Shown: in pieces, positions 13,636-25,155 of the stretch
Position numbering within the stretch: position 1 is the first letter of the stretch
Layout of the letters: the number at the start of each line of letters is the position of its first letter
Assembly: GCF_006345805.1 (NCBI RefSeq)
Contig: NC_043005.1
Span: 2,418,001-2,482,000, forward strand
Reading direction: 5' to 3'
DNA from: Octopus sinensis
Taxonomy: Eukaryota
Length of the DNA: 64,000 nucleotides
Position numbers and translations under genes: made by a program
Notes under the pieces: generated by a model
Seen by the model: the letters and a program-made list of their open reading frames with translations, nothing else
What the model was told of the DNA's origin: nothing
The model's database searches: none

Positions 13636-13933
13636 AGATTAGATCGTTTCTCGTTAGTCAATATTTCTCAACCATGCTTTGCAGCACTTAGCTGCGAATC
13701 CATTCAGGGTATGCTGGAGATGATCTTCTGATGAACCAAATCGCACCATGTCATCTGCCGATATCCAAATGACCGATCGAACACTCACCCATCGGGATAC
13801 CACTTCCACAATAACTGCCCATGTCAATCCAGTTCATGAAAATTATAAAAAGCAGAAATGATAAATATAATTGTACGTCTTCATCGCAGCGTCACTGGAA
13901 GCATATATATACATATACGTTATATGCTTGTTT

Positions 13934-13969
<36 letters not shown>

Positions 13970-13973
<4 letters not shown>

Positions 13974-14690
13974 GTATTTTATAAGCTTAAGGCTTATAAG
14001 CGATCACCGCGCAATGACTAAAGAAAATAGTCAAATAATGGGGGATATAAGCCCTCGAGGAAGAAAAAAATGCAGGTTTTCCTGGACGCGTGTAACTCGA
14101 ACCCACACCTCTGTTTTCGCAACAAGAATGCTACCGTTACACTAGCACACCAACCTGTTTCATTCCGTCAGTTCGTAGTGTTGTTTTTGTAAGCAAACTT
14201 TCGTGTGCTTTTACTGCGAAGGTTTTTGTGAAGCAGCGTCGATTTTTACAATTCTGTGAATAATAGTCATTGCATGGTGATCGCTTATAAGCTTTAAGCT
14301 TTTAAGATACTATTATTATTATTATTATTATTATTCACAGAATTGTAAAAATCGACGCTGCTTCACAAAAACCTTCGCAGTAAAAGCACACGAAAGTTTA
14401 CAAAAACAACACTACGAACTAATTATAGTTCTTAAATCTGACGGAATGAAACAGGTTGGTGCGCTAGTGTAATGGTAGCATTCTTGTCGCGGAAACAAAG
14501 AGGTGTGGGTTCGAGTCCCACGCGTATGGGAAAACCTGCTTTTATCTGTCGAGGGCTTATATGCTCCATTCTCAGACTATTTTCTTTATTCATTGTGTGG
14601 TGATCGCTTATAAGCCTTAAGCTTATAAAATACTATTACTATTATATAAAGAATTGTAAAAATCGACGCTGCTTCATAAAAACCTTCGTA
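13970..14690. mobile_element. Non-coding element carrying a tRNA-like cassette, present as an inverted copy plus a partial head-to-tail tandem, inserted in (TA)n
   Basis: 13970-14264 is the reverse complement of ~14331-14637. The unit's 3' end also appears at 14262-14314 and its 5' start again at 14650-14688. tRNA-like segments at 14458-14528 (+) and 14083-14151 (-). Confidence 0.75.
14458..14528 (+). pseudogene. tRNA-like sequence (pseudo-tRNA / Pol III cassette)
   Basis: GGTGCGC TA GTGT AATGGTA GCAT T CTTGT CGCGGAA ACAAA GAGGT GTGGG TTCGAGT CCCAC GCGTATG folds as a cloverleaf with a 5-bp T-arm and A/B boxes. Acceptor and anticodon stems have mismatches, and the anticodon loop differs between the two copies. 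Confidence 0.65.
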
Positions 14691-15192
14691 TATATATATT
14701 TCAAGAAGAAGAATAATTTCTGAAGTAGCCTAGCATTACCTTTGCTTCGTTTTTATGTATAGTTACACAGCTTCAAATAAACCTACCCATTTACTACATC
14801 TAACCACGAGCTTGAACCTCGAGGAGTCTGGGTCAAACTGTTTTCATCCACACATGTAACTCACAGTAAATGTGTTGAGTGCCCTTCTTCTTCTTGTCTA
14901 CTTAGTCGTATAGATAATATACATTTCATATACAGCACATTCACACATATATATCTATATAGACTAAGAAACGCTAACTCAGAGAGTGTTCTGCAAACTA
15001 ATCTCTCTACCAACTGAATCATTTCCAGTCTTTTACAAAAACAGGAAAAGAATATTCTAACAGTTGATTCTTTGATTGTTTTATTTCAAACAAACAAAAC
15101 GTGAACGAGTTCTCGTTTTCACATTTGCTTGACGCCATTAGGCAATGTTTGTTCTTTCTGTTGCTTACTTCGGTATCAATCGGTTGGCTGAG

Positions 15193-15242
<50 letters not shown>

Positions 15243-15683
15243 CGTGTGTGTACGCGTGTGTGTGTAAATAGATAGATTTAATCTTATATATGTTTCTCTA
15301 ATTATACACACACACAAATACACACACGTAGATATTTGTGTGTATGCCTGTTCATTTCTATGCGTGTATGTATATACTCATGTATATAGTTAAACGTAAT
15401 TGTTTTGCATTTATTAAACAAAAGAACATTAAGCGAATGAAAGAATCAATATATATATATAATACGTATTGTAGGTTATTGACAGTAACTTCGAAGTGTC
15501 ACCGCTGATGACTTATTGACAATAAGTTACTGACGGCAAAATTATCTACAATATAAGTGGGGTATCTCTCTTCTCTTTCTCCCTCTCCATCTCCCTCTCC
15601 CTCTCTCTCTCTATCTATCTATCTATCTATTTATCACTCGCTTGCTCTCTCACCTCACTTTCTATATACATATATATACATAC

Positions 15684-15746
<63 letters not shown>

Positions 15747-15949
15747 GGAGTAAGCACATAAATGTGAAACAAGGTGGACAAAAAGAGTACTCAAATACCA
15801 GAGGTAGAGTAATATGCTTATTTTAAAGCAGCAGAAATATTCTAACAAAAATGTCCGACGAAAGGGAACGTAAAGCTCTGGGCAACAGTTTTTGTGATAT
15901 TTCTGCTGCTTTTAAATAAAGTATATGTGTTGTGTGTGTGTGTATGTAA

Positions 15950-15997
<48 letters not shown>

Positions 15998-16002
<5 letters not shown>

Positions 16003-17247
16003 GACATCGATAGCTCGGAAATCATACATGCGAGGAAATTACTTCTTTTTTTCGAGGATTCCACCTGGGTTAAGAAGACTGAGGATTCTCTTTTCGATGT
16101 ACCGATGGGGGCATTCGACGGGGCTGAATTATGTATGCTCATAGGAGCCTTTATTCTCCATAATCTAAAAATACAATTCCCATTTATAGATGCAGGTTTA
16201 TATAGGGATGACGGCCTTATAGCCACCTATAATTTAAACGGCCATGAATCAGATAAGCTAAGGAAGGATCTTATTGCTTTCTTCCAAAGGATGGGCTTAC
16301 GGATTGCGATAGATACTAACCTGAAAAGTGTAGATTTTTTAGATGTAAATTTGAATATAAGGTCGGATATATTTAAACCTTACCGTAAGCCTAATGACAC
16401 GCTATTGTATATTAGCAAAGAATCAAACCATCTGCCAGTTATTCTTCGGAACTTAGTCAGCAATGTAGGTAGGCGAATATCGTCAATTTCTTCGGATGAG
16501 GCAGCATTCCATAATGATGCACCTTATTACGATAGCACATTAAGGAATAGTGGATTCTCTGAGAAGATCCAGTATAACCAGCTTAATGCTGGTAGTAATG
16601 CTGCGCGCAGAACTAGGACCAGGAAAGTTTTGTGGTTCAACCCAGCTTTTAATTTGGCCGTAAAAACAAACATAGGTAGGGAATTCTTGAAATTAGTCTC
16701 TAAGCATTTTAAGCAGGGCCATATATTCTATAGAATATTTAATAGAAGAACCCTTAAGATTAGCTATTCTTGTTGCAGGAATTTCGCCTCTTACGTTAGC
16801 CAGTACAACAGGAATTTAATTGATATTAAGCATAGTACCGATCCTCTTTAAAAATGCGATTGTAAAGATGAATCCTCCTGTCCGTTGGAAGGAAAATGTT
16901 TGGTAATAGGGGTCGTTTATAGAGTCAAGGTGCAAATAGAAGGCTCATCTGAATATAAGACTTATACAGGGGCTTCGGAAAATTCTTTTAAAACGCGATT
17001 TTATTCGCACAAAAATTCATTTCGATATGCAGAAAATAGGAAGAAGACCAGCTTGGCTAAATATGTCTGGGAACTAAAAGAAAAAGAAGCCCGACCTTTC
17101 AACATGTCATGGAGCATTCTAGATAGAGCGGCACCATACATGCACGGGGCACACAAGAAAAATTTTAAATGCAATCTCTGTTTGTTAGAGAAATATTTCA
17201 TTTTATTCAAAGACAATAATTCTTTGAATCAAGAAGCGAACTTTTGA
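15998..17247 (+). mobile_element. 5'-truncated Penelope-like element (RT + C-terminal GIY-YIG endonuclease), probably Hydra clade
   Basis: RT motifs DVPMGAFDGAE and GLYRDDGL, then WFNPAFNLAVKTNIG, linker CDCKDESSCPLEGKC (CxCx5Cx5C), VVYR...TYTGASENSFKTR (GIY-YIG) and KCNLCLLEK. The two listed ORFs are in the same frame, separated by one TAA at 16849-16851. Begins directly after (TA)n. Confidence 0.88.
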
Positions 17248-18272
17248 ACTCATGCAGGTACGCAACCAAATTCAAAATGTCGAACATAAATATCCCATAT
17301 GGATAGCGTATATTTTGTCTTTTTGAATTTTTGATTCTTGGGCTAGTCTTTAATCACACCGATGGATTTGCTTCGCGCTATGCAGGTTTCATTCCGCATA
17401 GCAAATACCTATATTTTGTTTATATTTTGTTTATATTTCGACATATTCCTTAACAAAAACCTTCCACTTAGTTTATTTCATTTTATTATATTGTATAGGC
17501 TCACTTTGGTCATTTAATTTATAGATAATCCAATATAGGGTGTTATATTTTGCATGTCTTTCGTCTAAATTTTTATTATTATGCACTCAGCAATTTTTAA
17601 AAATAATGTTGTCAGATCCTAGGCATTTTTATGTGAATATGTGTATTGGCATGAATATGTATTTGTAAGCATACGTCTATGTATATGTGTAAGTGAGCGT
17701 ATGTTTGTGCTTAAGCACATACATACATGAATGTATATGTATGCATGTATCCACTTGGACTTGTGTGTTTGAGTACTTGTCTCAATATATGTGTCCGTAT
17801 ATGTGTATTTACTGCTTACATAACTTGTATACAAACATTCGTGGCGTATAGTCAGAATGTTATTATTTTTTCTTCTTTCCTTTTCTTTTTTCCTTTTCTC
17901 TTTGGAGCGCAACCGGATGGAGGATGCCCGAGATCCTAGAAGACATACATACACACACAGACAGAACGGATTTTATATAATAGATGTGTGCTAGGTACTA
18001 GGATGTTTGTGTGTCTGTCCATCTATGTACACGTGTGATTTAAATATTCTAAAATGGTAGTCTTTGTTTTTGGTGATGTTTATTGTAGTTGTTGTTGTTT
18101 CCCTTCTCCTCCTCAGAGGATACACACTGCAATACAAGTCAAATTTGCTTACGCTGATATTTATTTACATCCATCTTGTATACAAACACTGACTCGGCCA
18201 GGCAGCCAGGCATTAATGCGCACATGTAACTACTGACAAACCTATCTCTCACACTCACTTACTTTCTCTCTT

Positions 18273-18331
<59 letters not shown>

Positions 18332-18374
18332 GTCTGTACATATATATAAATATATATATATATATTTTTATTAT

Positions 18375-18480
18375 TTTTTTTTTATTTTATCTAGTTTCAG
18401 CTCACGAGCTGTGGCCATGCTGGGGCACCACCATTTGGTGTTGCTACATGATTTTACTTCACGAATGCTTTTAGCAATTA
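18375..18480 (-). mobile_element. SINE 3' tail fragment (family A-type tail)
   Basis: Reverse complement gtgccccagcatggccacagctcgtgagctgaaactagataaaataaaaa resembles the tails at 25690-25750 and 34095-34150. Confidence 0.6.
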
Positions 18481-18482
<2 letters not shown>

Positions 18483-18519
<37 letters not shown>

Positions 18520-18544
18520 ATATATATATACATATAAGTATATA

Positions 18545-18589
<45 letters not shown>

Positions 18590-18658
18590 TATATAATATA
18601 TATATATATATGTATATGTATATATATATATGTATATGTAATATATATATATGAATAT

Positions 18659-18707
<49 letters not shown>

Positions 18708-18990
18708 ATATATATATATGAATATACATATATATTAATATGTATATGTATATATGTGAATATATATATATATGTATATACATATATGTATTTGTGTGCA
18801 TATATATATATAAATATATATACATATATATATATGTGTGTGTGTGTATATATGCATATATATATATATACATATACATATATATATAAATATATGTACA
18901 TACATACACATTTACGTTTGTTTATATTTGTATTTATATGTATGATTTTATGTATGTACTTATGCATGTATTTACATGTATATATGTATA

Positions 18991-19029
<39 letters not shown>

Positions 19030-19190
19030 TATATATGTGTGTATGTATGTATGTATGTATATGTATATATGTATGTGTGTATGCATGCATGCATGTATGT
19101 ATGTATATCTATGTGTATGTAAGTGTGTATGTATGCATGCATGTGTGTATGTATATGTAAGATTGTGCAAACATGCATCAATATGTAAAG
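18483..19190. repeat. Long compound (TA)n/(TG)n/(TATG)n microsatellite
   Basis: Low-complexity run; source of the spurious I/Y-rich ORFs. Confidence 0.95.
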
Positions 19191-19710
19191 TAAACACGTC
19201 AAACAGAATTGTTATGTAAATAGACAGAAAAGGAGACCAATTCCCTCCCCGACCCCCCGACCCCACTATCTCTTCTTTCGACTCCATCAGCTTTGACAGA
19301 CAGCCTGTCACTTCTCTCATCCCCCCTCTCCCTCTCTCTCTCTCTCCCCTCTCTCTCTCTCTTTCTCTCTCACATAATCTCGACCTTTACAGTTAATATA
19401 CATCACTTTTGAGTTGATCGTAACATTTGGTGGTGGTGCCGTCATTAATGTATCTATAACGACAAAGATATTATCAACCACTCAGCTAATCAATATTTAT
19501 CTTATGTCGAGTTTATGTGATACAAAAACAGAAGCAGCAGGCTCTTGATTCCTAGGGTTATAGAGTTACTCGTGTGCACCCAGCCATGGCTGACTCGGAT
19601 CTCATGTAAGGTACCTCACTGACTCTCATTATATATATATATTTTTTTTTTTCGGAATGAGATAAAAAAACCCATGGCTGTGAAGATTTTAGAACATTTA
19701 TAAATAGAAG

Positions 19711-19758
19711 ATCTTACAGCTGTTTCCAGGATATTTATTGTATCCCTTCATCGGAGAC
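19711..19758 (-). ncRNA. Minimal type-I hammerhead ribozyme motif, partly degenerate, in a PLE 3'/pLTR-like fragment
   Basis: gtct CCGATGA agggata-caataaa-tatcctg GAAAC AGCT GTA agat. Core U4 is changed to C; stem III has the palindromic loop AGCT. Homologous to 59035-59082. Confidence 0.55.
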
Positions 19759-20077
19759 GGTGTGAGAAGAAGGTTAAGCAATAGTTAATTTAGATAAAAT
19801 ACGAAATAGAGAGTGAAGTGGAGAAATGAAAATAGATGTGAGATATGCAGGGATATTGCATCTGTAGATCCATTATTTAGTCAGAATGGTAGACATATAA
19901 GATTCCAGTACCTTGTGAGTAAATTCCAATAGTATTTAAAATTGGTCATTCCAAGTATAGAGTTTGAACACAGGGTTTTATTTAAAGTGACCTAAAAGTA
20001 GGGAATGTATGTCAAATCGAAAACAGGAAGAGAGGAATAAAGAAAAGAGAAGAAAAAAGAGAAGAAAAAAGAAGAAA

Positions 20078-20228
20078 AATTCCGCCGAGGTCGACTTTGC
20101 TTTTCATCCTTCCGGGGTCGATAAATAAAGTACCAGTTTCCCACTGGAGTCGATGTAATCGACTTAATTCCTTTGTCTGTCTTTGTTTGTCCCCTCTATG
20201 TTTAGCCCCTTGTGGGCAGTAAAGAAAT
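20078..20228 (+). mobile_element. SINE family B, 5'-truncated
   Basis: aattccgccgaggtcgactttgc...aataagtaccagtt...ccccttgtgggcagtaaagaaat. Confidence 0.8.
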
Positions 20229-20759
20229 ACATATATGTGTGTGTGGTGTGTGTGTGTGTGTGTGTGGTGTGTGTGTGTGTGGTGTGTGAATGTGTGAATG
20301 TGTGTGTATATGCCTGTAAATGTATTCGCGTGTGCGTATATATGTTTATGTCACTCCGTGTTTCGTAATGAATGGATGATAGACAGCGTCGCCGCCATTT
20401 ACATAACTTATTCCTGGATATGCCTCTTATGCAATGCAGAAAAATATAACATTATGCAACAAATATGTGTGCATACGTTAACCCAGGTCAGTTCTGATCC
20501 CACTGACGTTAGATCGAATGGTTTTTCATGGTCATCCATCTCTATTTCTCTAGAGCCTTCCCTCCATAGACACACAAATAGATGAGGAACGAGAGATAAA
20601 GAGATGCAAAGTGTGTGACATAAAACCTCCCACACTCACCATTCTTGATAAACTGCGAACGCATTTTGTGCACCAATCCACACTTTGATAGGAGCCGAAA
20701 ACATTAGCTACAAAAAAGCACTATTATTAACCACCAGTTGCAGAAGTACCCTGGACATA

Positions 20760-20790
<31 letters not shown>

Positions 20791-20835
20791 CGTGTGTGTG
20801 TGTGGTGTGTGTGTGTGTGTGCGTGTGCGTGTGTT

Positions 20836-20870
<35 letters not shown>

Positions 20871-20981
20871 TATGTATGTATATATATATATTATATATAT
20901 GTTTGAGTGTGATTCCGTGTTTTGTAATGAATGGATGTGTGTGTGCGTGTATATGTATATGTATATATATATATATGTATG

Positions 20982-21048
<67 letters not shown>

Positions 21049-21051
21049 ATA

Positions 21052-21094
<43 letters not shown>

Positions 21095-21558
21095 CCAAGA
21101 TAGACACTCCTATGTAGCTTTGTTCAACGTTTGTACCAATGCAGGTGGGTGAAGCTGCAGAGAAACGTCTACGTTGGATGAATATTTACTGCAACTGAAT
21201 CAGCTAAATGCACATAAGGGGTACATCAAAGGTCAATAGGATACTTAGCCAACAGAAACACGTGTCGGATAGGAAGTTAATGCGAATAACACTAATATGT
21301 CTAAGTCTCCTTTCTTTTTTAGGATGCCTTGTATACTGTGTATGGTGTATGAAAGCTAATGAAGCGAACTCGGGATATACCAATCCTGTGAAATACAAAA
21401 TAATTGATTATCTTAAACAATATTTTATGTTCCATATCATTTGATGTGATTAGCCAGATCTGGATTATATCAGAGTGTTGATAAGGCACCTACCCGGATT
21501 CTAAATCCGTATTCTTTTACGTTAGTCTCTCTCTCACTCACTCTCTCTCTCTCAACAT

Positions 21559-21590
<32 letters not shown>

Positions 21591-21679
21591 TATATATATA
21601 TATATATATGATATTAGGGAATATATCAAACTTACAGGGGCAAAATAGGTTTAGGATTAAATCAAATTTCACAGTATAA

Positions 21680-21905
21680 ATATAAATTAAATTAGAGATA
21701 AAACCACTATTAGGCAAATCAAACAGTGATAGACATAAACCAAAACATAAAAAACAAAAAATAAATATAATTAATATAGTATACAATATATATATATAAA
21801 ATGAAATTTTAAATTTAAATTATTAAAATTTAAAATTTTTAAATTTATGTCTATCACTGTTTGGGTTGCCTAACAGTGGCTTTATCTCTAATTTAATTTA
21901 TATAT
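21680..21905. repeat. Imperfect inverted repeat (~60-bp arms) around an AT-rich core
   Basis: aattagagataaaaccactattaggcaaatcaaacagtgatagacataaa (~21690-21740) versus tttatgtctatcactgtttgggttgcctaacagtggctttatctctaatt (~21843-21893). Confidence 0.8.
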
Positions 21906-21908
21906 ATA

Positions 21909-22448
21909 GCAATAATAAATCTCTGAACGAGGTATAAACAGTAACTGCACGAAAATGTGAGGTGTACTAGCCATCTCAATATAGCTAGCCATTAAGAGTG
22001 GGTGTTACTGTAGCTTTTAGCCTCGGGAGAACATCGTCTCCACCTGGCTTTAGGCACACTTTCTGTGCCCTTATGGTATTTGCAAAGGGAGGTCATCCCT
22101 CCCTCGTCAACCTAAGTGATACGCACGGACTGCAGTTTCTAGGTATTGACCTGTCTTCAGCGTACGACAATCACCGGTTTTCGATGAAGGGATGTCCCAA
22201 TGCAAATACTTTTATCGTTTTTCCGGTAACTTTTCGTCACTGATCTCGAAAAACTGTCTGCAAGCAATAATAAATCTCTGAACGAGGTATAAACAGTAAC
22301 TGCACGACAATGTGAGGTATGTGCAAATACCATAAGGGCACAGAAAGTGTGCCTAAAGCCAGCTGGAGACGATGTACTCCTGGGGCTACAAGCTACGGTA
22401 ACACCCACCCTTAGTGGTTAGCCATATTGAGATGGCAAGTATACCTCA
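21909..22448 (-). mobile_element. Non-coding hammerhead-bearing element with X-Y-Z-X tandem plus inverted Y architecture (PLE/retrozyme-like)
   Basis: 55-bp direct repeat X at 21909-21963 and 22264-22318. Y (21964-22083) is inverted at ~22322-22445. Hammerhead in Z. Confidence 0.75.
22122..22166 (-). ncRNA. Minimal type-I hammerhead ribozyme with intact core
   Basis: CGTACG CTGAAGA c AGGT caat ACCT a GAAAC TGCA GTC CGTGCG: 6-bp stem I, CUGANGA and GAAA core, 4-bp stem II, palindromic loop III TGCA, GUC cleavage triplet. Confidence 0.82.
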
Positions 22449-22486
22449 CACACACACATATATACATATATATATATATATATATA

Positions 22487-22534
<48 letters not shown>

Positions 22535-23407
22535 TATATATATGTACATATATATGTACATATGTATGTATGTATGTATGTATGTATGTGTGCGCGTATA
22601 TTTGTTTCAGGTATGCTTATAACAATCATTAATATTATTTCGATTGAGTAAAATAATTTTACAATCCATTTATTCATTTACTGAACAATTTCACCGAAGC
22701 TTAGAGGAAAACTGAGAAAGATGCCATGTCCCCATGAATATTCATCAAAGAAATGCAAAAATGAATGTTACTCGTTCGATAATGGCGGATGGTTCTCTGA
22801 GTGCAGCCGTTGAGTTGTTCTGTCTCTCATGTCATGGCACTCTCCATTACTGCTCAGTCTCTTGTTTTGTTCTACGATATCGTTGGAAGAAACGCAACAT
22901 CTCTATTGAATGAGATTTGGGACTTAAGAGAGAGAAAGTTATAAATACAAAACCGAGCAATAAAGAGTGGCAGTTGTTCGGAGAATGGTTTTGCATGCTG
23001 CTGCTTTGAAGCAGAGAATAATATGGAAGCATGCAACAAAATGTCTTCAGTGATAACGTTACACCTCTTGACGAAGGACGATTAGGGAATACTGTGATTA
23101 GGAAGTACTCCTTTCTTATGAGGGACAGAGGGGTAGAATACACACTGGGATGAAGTTCAATGAGTGTGGAGGTGACATATTTATCCGAATTACTGATACG
23201 GAATGTCTTTTGTGATCGATTTGTAGGACAAAGAAATGTTGCAACACATAAAGATGCCGGAAGTCAAGCTTAAACCTTTACTGGTAAAGCATGAACACTG
23301 TCTGTGCGTGTGTGTGAGTGTGTGTGTGTGAGTGCGTTTGATACAGAAATGTGTGAGACAATAGGGGTAGATATATTAGTAAAATAACGGAGAATGTGTA
23401 GAGCTGT

Positions 23408-23630
23408 AATCCCTTTAATCCGGTCAAATCCGGCACAAATATGCTCCCTGTTTTATGTTCAAACTGATCAGATCCAGCCTTTCAAACCTACCCTACAATG
23501 TCATTCTGAAAATGTATAAACGCACCCTTGAAATCTTGAAGCTACAAGATAATCCCATGATTAATTCAAAATAATGTGAATAAATAAGCATTACGTTTGA
23601 CCAAGAACGCAAAATCAGGCTTAAAACTGT
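23408..23630. repeat. Putative MITE-type interspersed repeat (recalled as common in octopus)
   Basis: Recognised from memory of the string ctaccctacaatgtcattct...gtgaataaataagcattac. Terminal inverted repeats are not clearly preserved here. Confidence 0.35.
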
Positions 23631-23764
23631 TGATGACGGCTTCTGATGAGGATTAGAATGTAATGTTGATAGGAATGTTTGAATGTTTGAATTTGTGACA
23701 GATGAATAAGCAACAGGATGCGGGCGTGTCGTTTTACTCTGCAAAAGACGGCATATTGGGGCTG

Positions 23765-23915
23765 TGCTATATTTATGCGTGCGGCTGTTATGCATGACTG
23801 AAAGGAGGCGTGAAACTCCCCACCCTCTGTATTTATGCACAATAACACAATTTAACATAAAGTGGGCGTGGAATCCATAAAATGCAGGAGAAATGCTTGG
23901 TGACGTCATTGGAAC
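23765..23915 (-). promoter_or_regulatory. Candidate Pol II promoter motif cluster (CCAAT, CRE, GC box, TATA-like)
   Basis: ATTGG (reverse CCAAT) 23908-23912, perfect CRE TGACGTCA 23901-23908, GTGGGCGTGG 23862-23871, and TAAATATA on the minus strand at ~23769-23777. Confidence 0.3.
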
Positions 23916-24054
23916 GAGTAAAGCCTTCACACGGTTAGCTTTCAATCAAACAGTCGGTGTGTCTATCAAAATATCGATATGCCTCTTAAACAAGCGCCAT
24001 GTCAACAAATCGGAAAATGCATCAACATATAACGGAGTACCACACACACACACA

Positions 24055-24121
<67 letters not shown>

Positions 24122-24280
24122 ACGAGGTTATAGCTGTCTACATCTATCTATCATTCTATATATATATATATATATATTGATAAAAACGGTAAGGTAACAA
24201 AAGAAAGAAAGAGACCTCGATATTATGTAAATAGAGGAATTTATCTGTAAATGTAATATGTGACAATTATTCGGTAGCCA

Positions 24281-24343
24281 AGATAAAACTCCGAGTTTCG
24301 GATGCCGAAGTGGAAATCCACGCCGCCATCTCTTCAGTTATCC
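24281..24343 (-). ncRNA. Type-I hammerhead ribozyme motif within a ~360-bp non-coding element (24178-24538) flanked by (TA)n
   Basis: GGATAA CTGAAGA GATGGCGGCGTGGATTTCCACTTCGGCATCC GAAAC TCGGA GTT TTATCT: 6-bp stem I, intact core, long imperfect stem II, GUU triplet. Confidence 0.7.
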
Positions 24344-24592
24344 GGTCATCGGGAAAATGCTATGAAATAACCGTTATACAAAGGGAAATTACTGTGATTG
24401 ACCGCTATTAAGACAAAAGAGCTATTTGAATGACCGCTAAGTGAGGGGAGGGAGTAAAAGTAAGGGGTAAAAAGGGTCATAGTATTCGCGGAGCTTGAAG
24501 CGGTGGACTGCCTCAAGCTCCGCTGCTAGTTTGGCACTATATTATATATATATACATACATATATATATATAGTATATATATATATATATAT

Positions 24593-24629
<37 letters not shown>

Positions 24630-24652
24630 ATATAGTATAAATATAGATATAT

Positions 24653-24692
<40 letters not shown>

Positions 24693-24719
24693 CATGTATA
24701 TATATATAATGTATATAGT

Positions 24720-24754
<35 letters not shown>

Positions 24755-24769
24755 ATGTATATAGTATAG

Positions 24770-24818
<49 letters not shown>

Positions 24819-25004
24819 GTAATGTATATAGTATATATATATATATTATATATATATATAATTATATATATAATGTATATAGTATAGATATATATATATA
24901 TACACACATATATTATATATGCATTATATATGTATGTATATATATAATAGTGCCAAACTATATAGTGTGTGTGTCTGTGTGTGTGCATCATATATATTTA
25001 TATG

Positions 25005-25085
25005 GGTAAGTGCCTTCTACTGTAGCCTCGAACCGACCAAAGCCTTGTGAGTGGATTTGGTAGACGGAAACTGAAAGAAGCCCGT

Positions 25086-25155
<70 letters not shown>

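Noticed and set aside
14436-14460. CTGACGG-aat-GAAAC-aggtt as a hammerhead in the tRNA element
   Set aside because: No room for stem II, A9 is missing, and there is no stem I pairing.
14083-14528. Two functional tRNA genes
   Set aside because: Acceptor and anticodon stems have mismatches, the anticodon loops differ between copies, and both lie inside a duplicated repeat unit.
15480-15535. CTGATGA followed by the hairpin cttatt-gac-aataag
   Set aside because: No GAAA after stem II (TTAC instead); not a hammerhead core.
15823-15916. Hammerhead-like CCGACGA...AAAGC between 19-bp inverted repeats
   Set aside because: Both core segments are mutated. It may be a decayed PLE-associated motif but is too degenerate to call.
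18371-19320. Long I/Y/H/C/V-rich ORFs (also at 20.7-21.1, 24.7-25.0, 27.3-29.7, 32.9-33.3, 37.0-37.5, 54.6-55.1 and 62.7-63.7 kb)
   Set aside because: These are translations of di-, tri- and tetranucleotide microsatellites.
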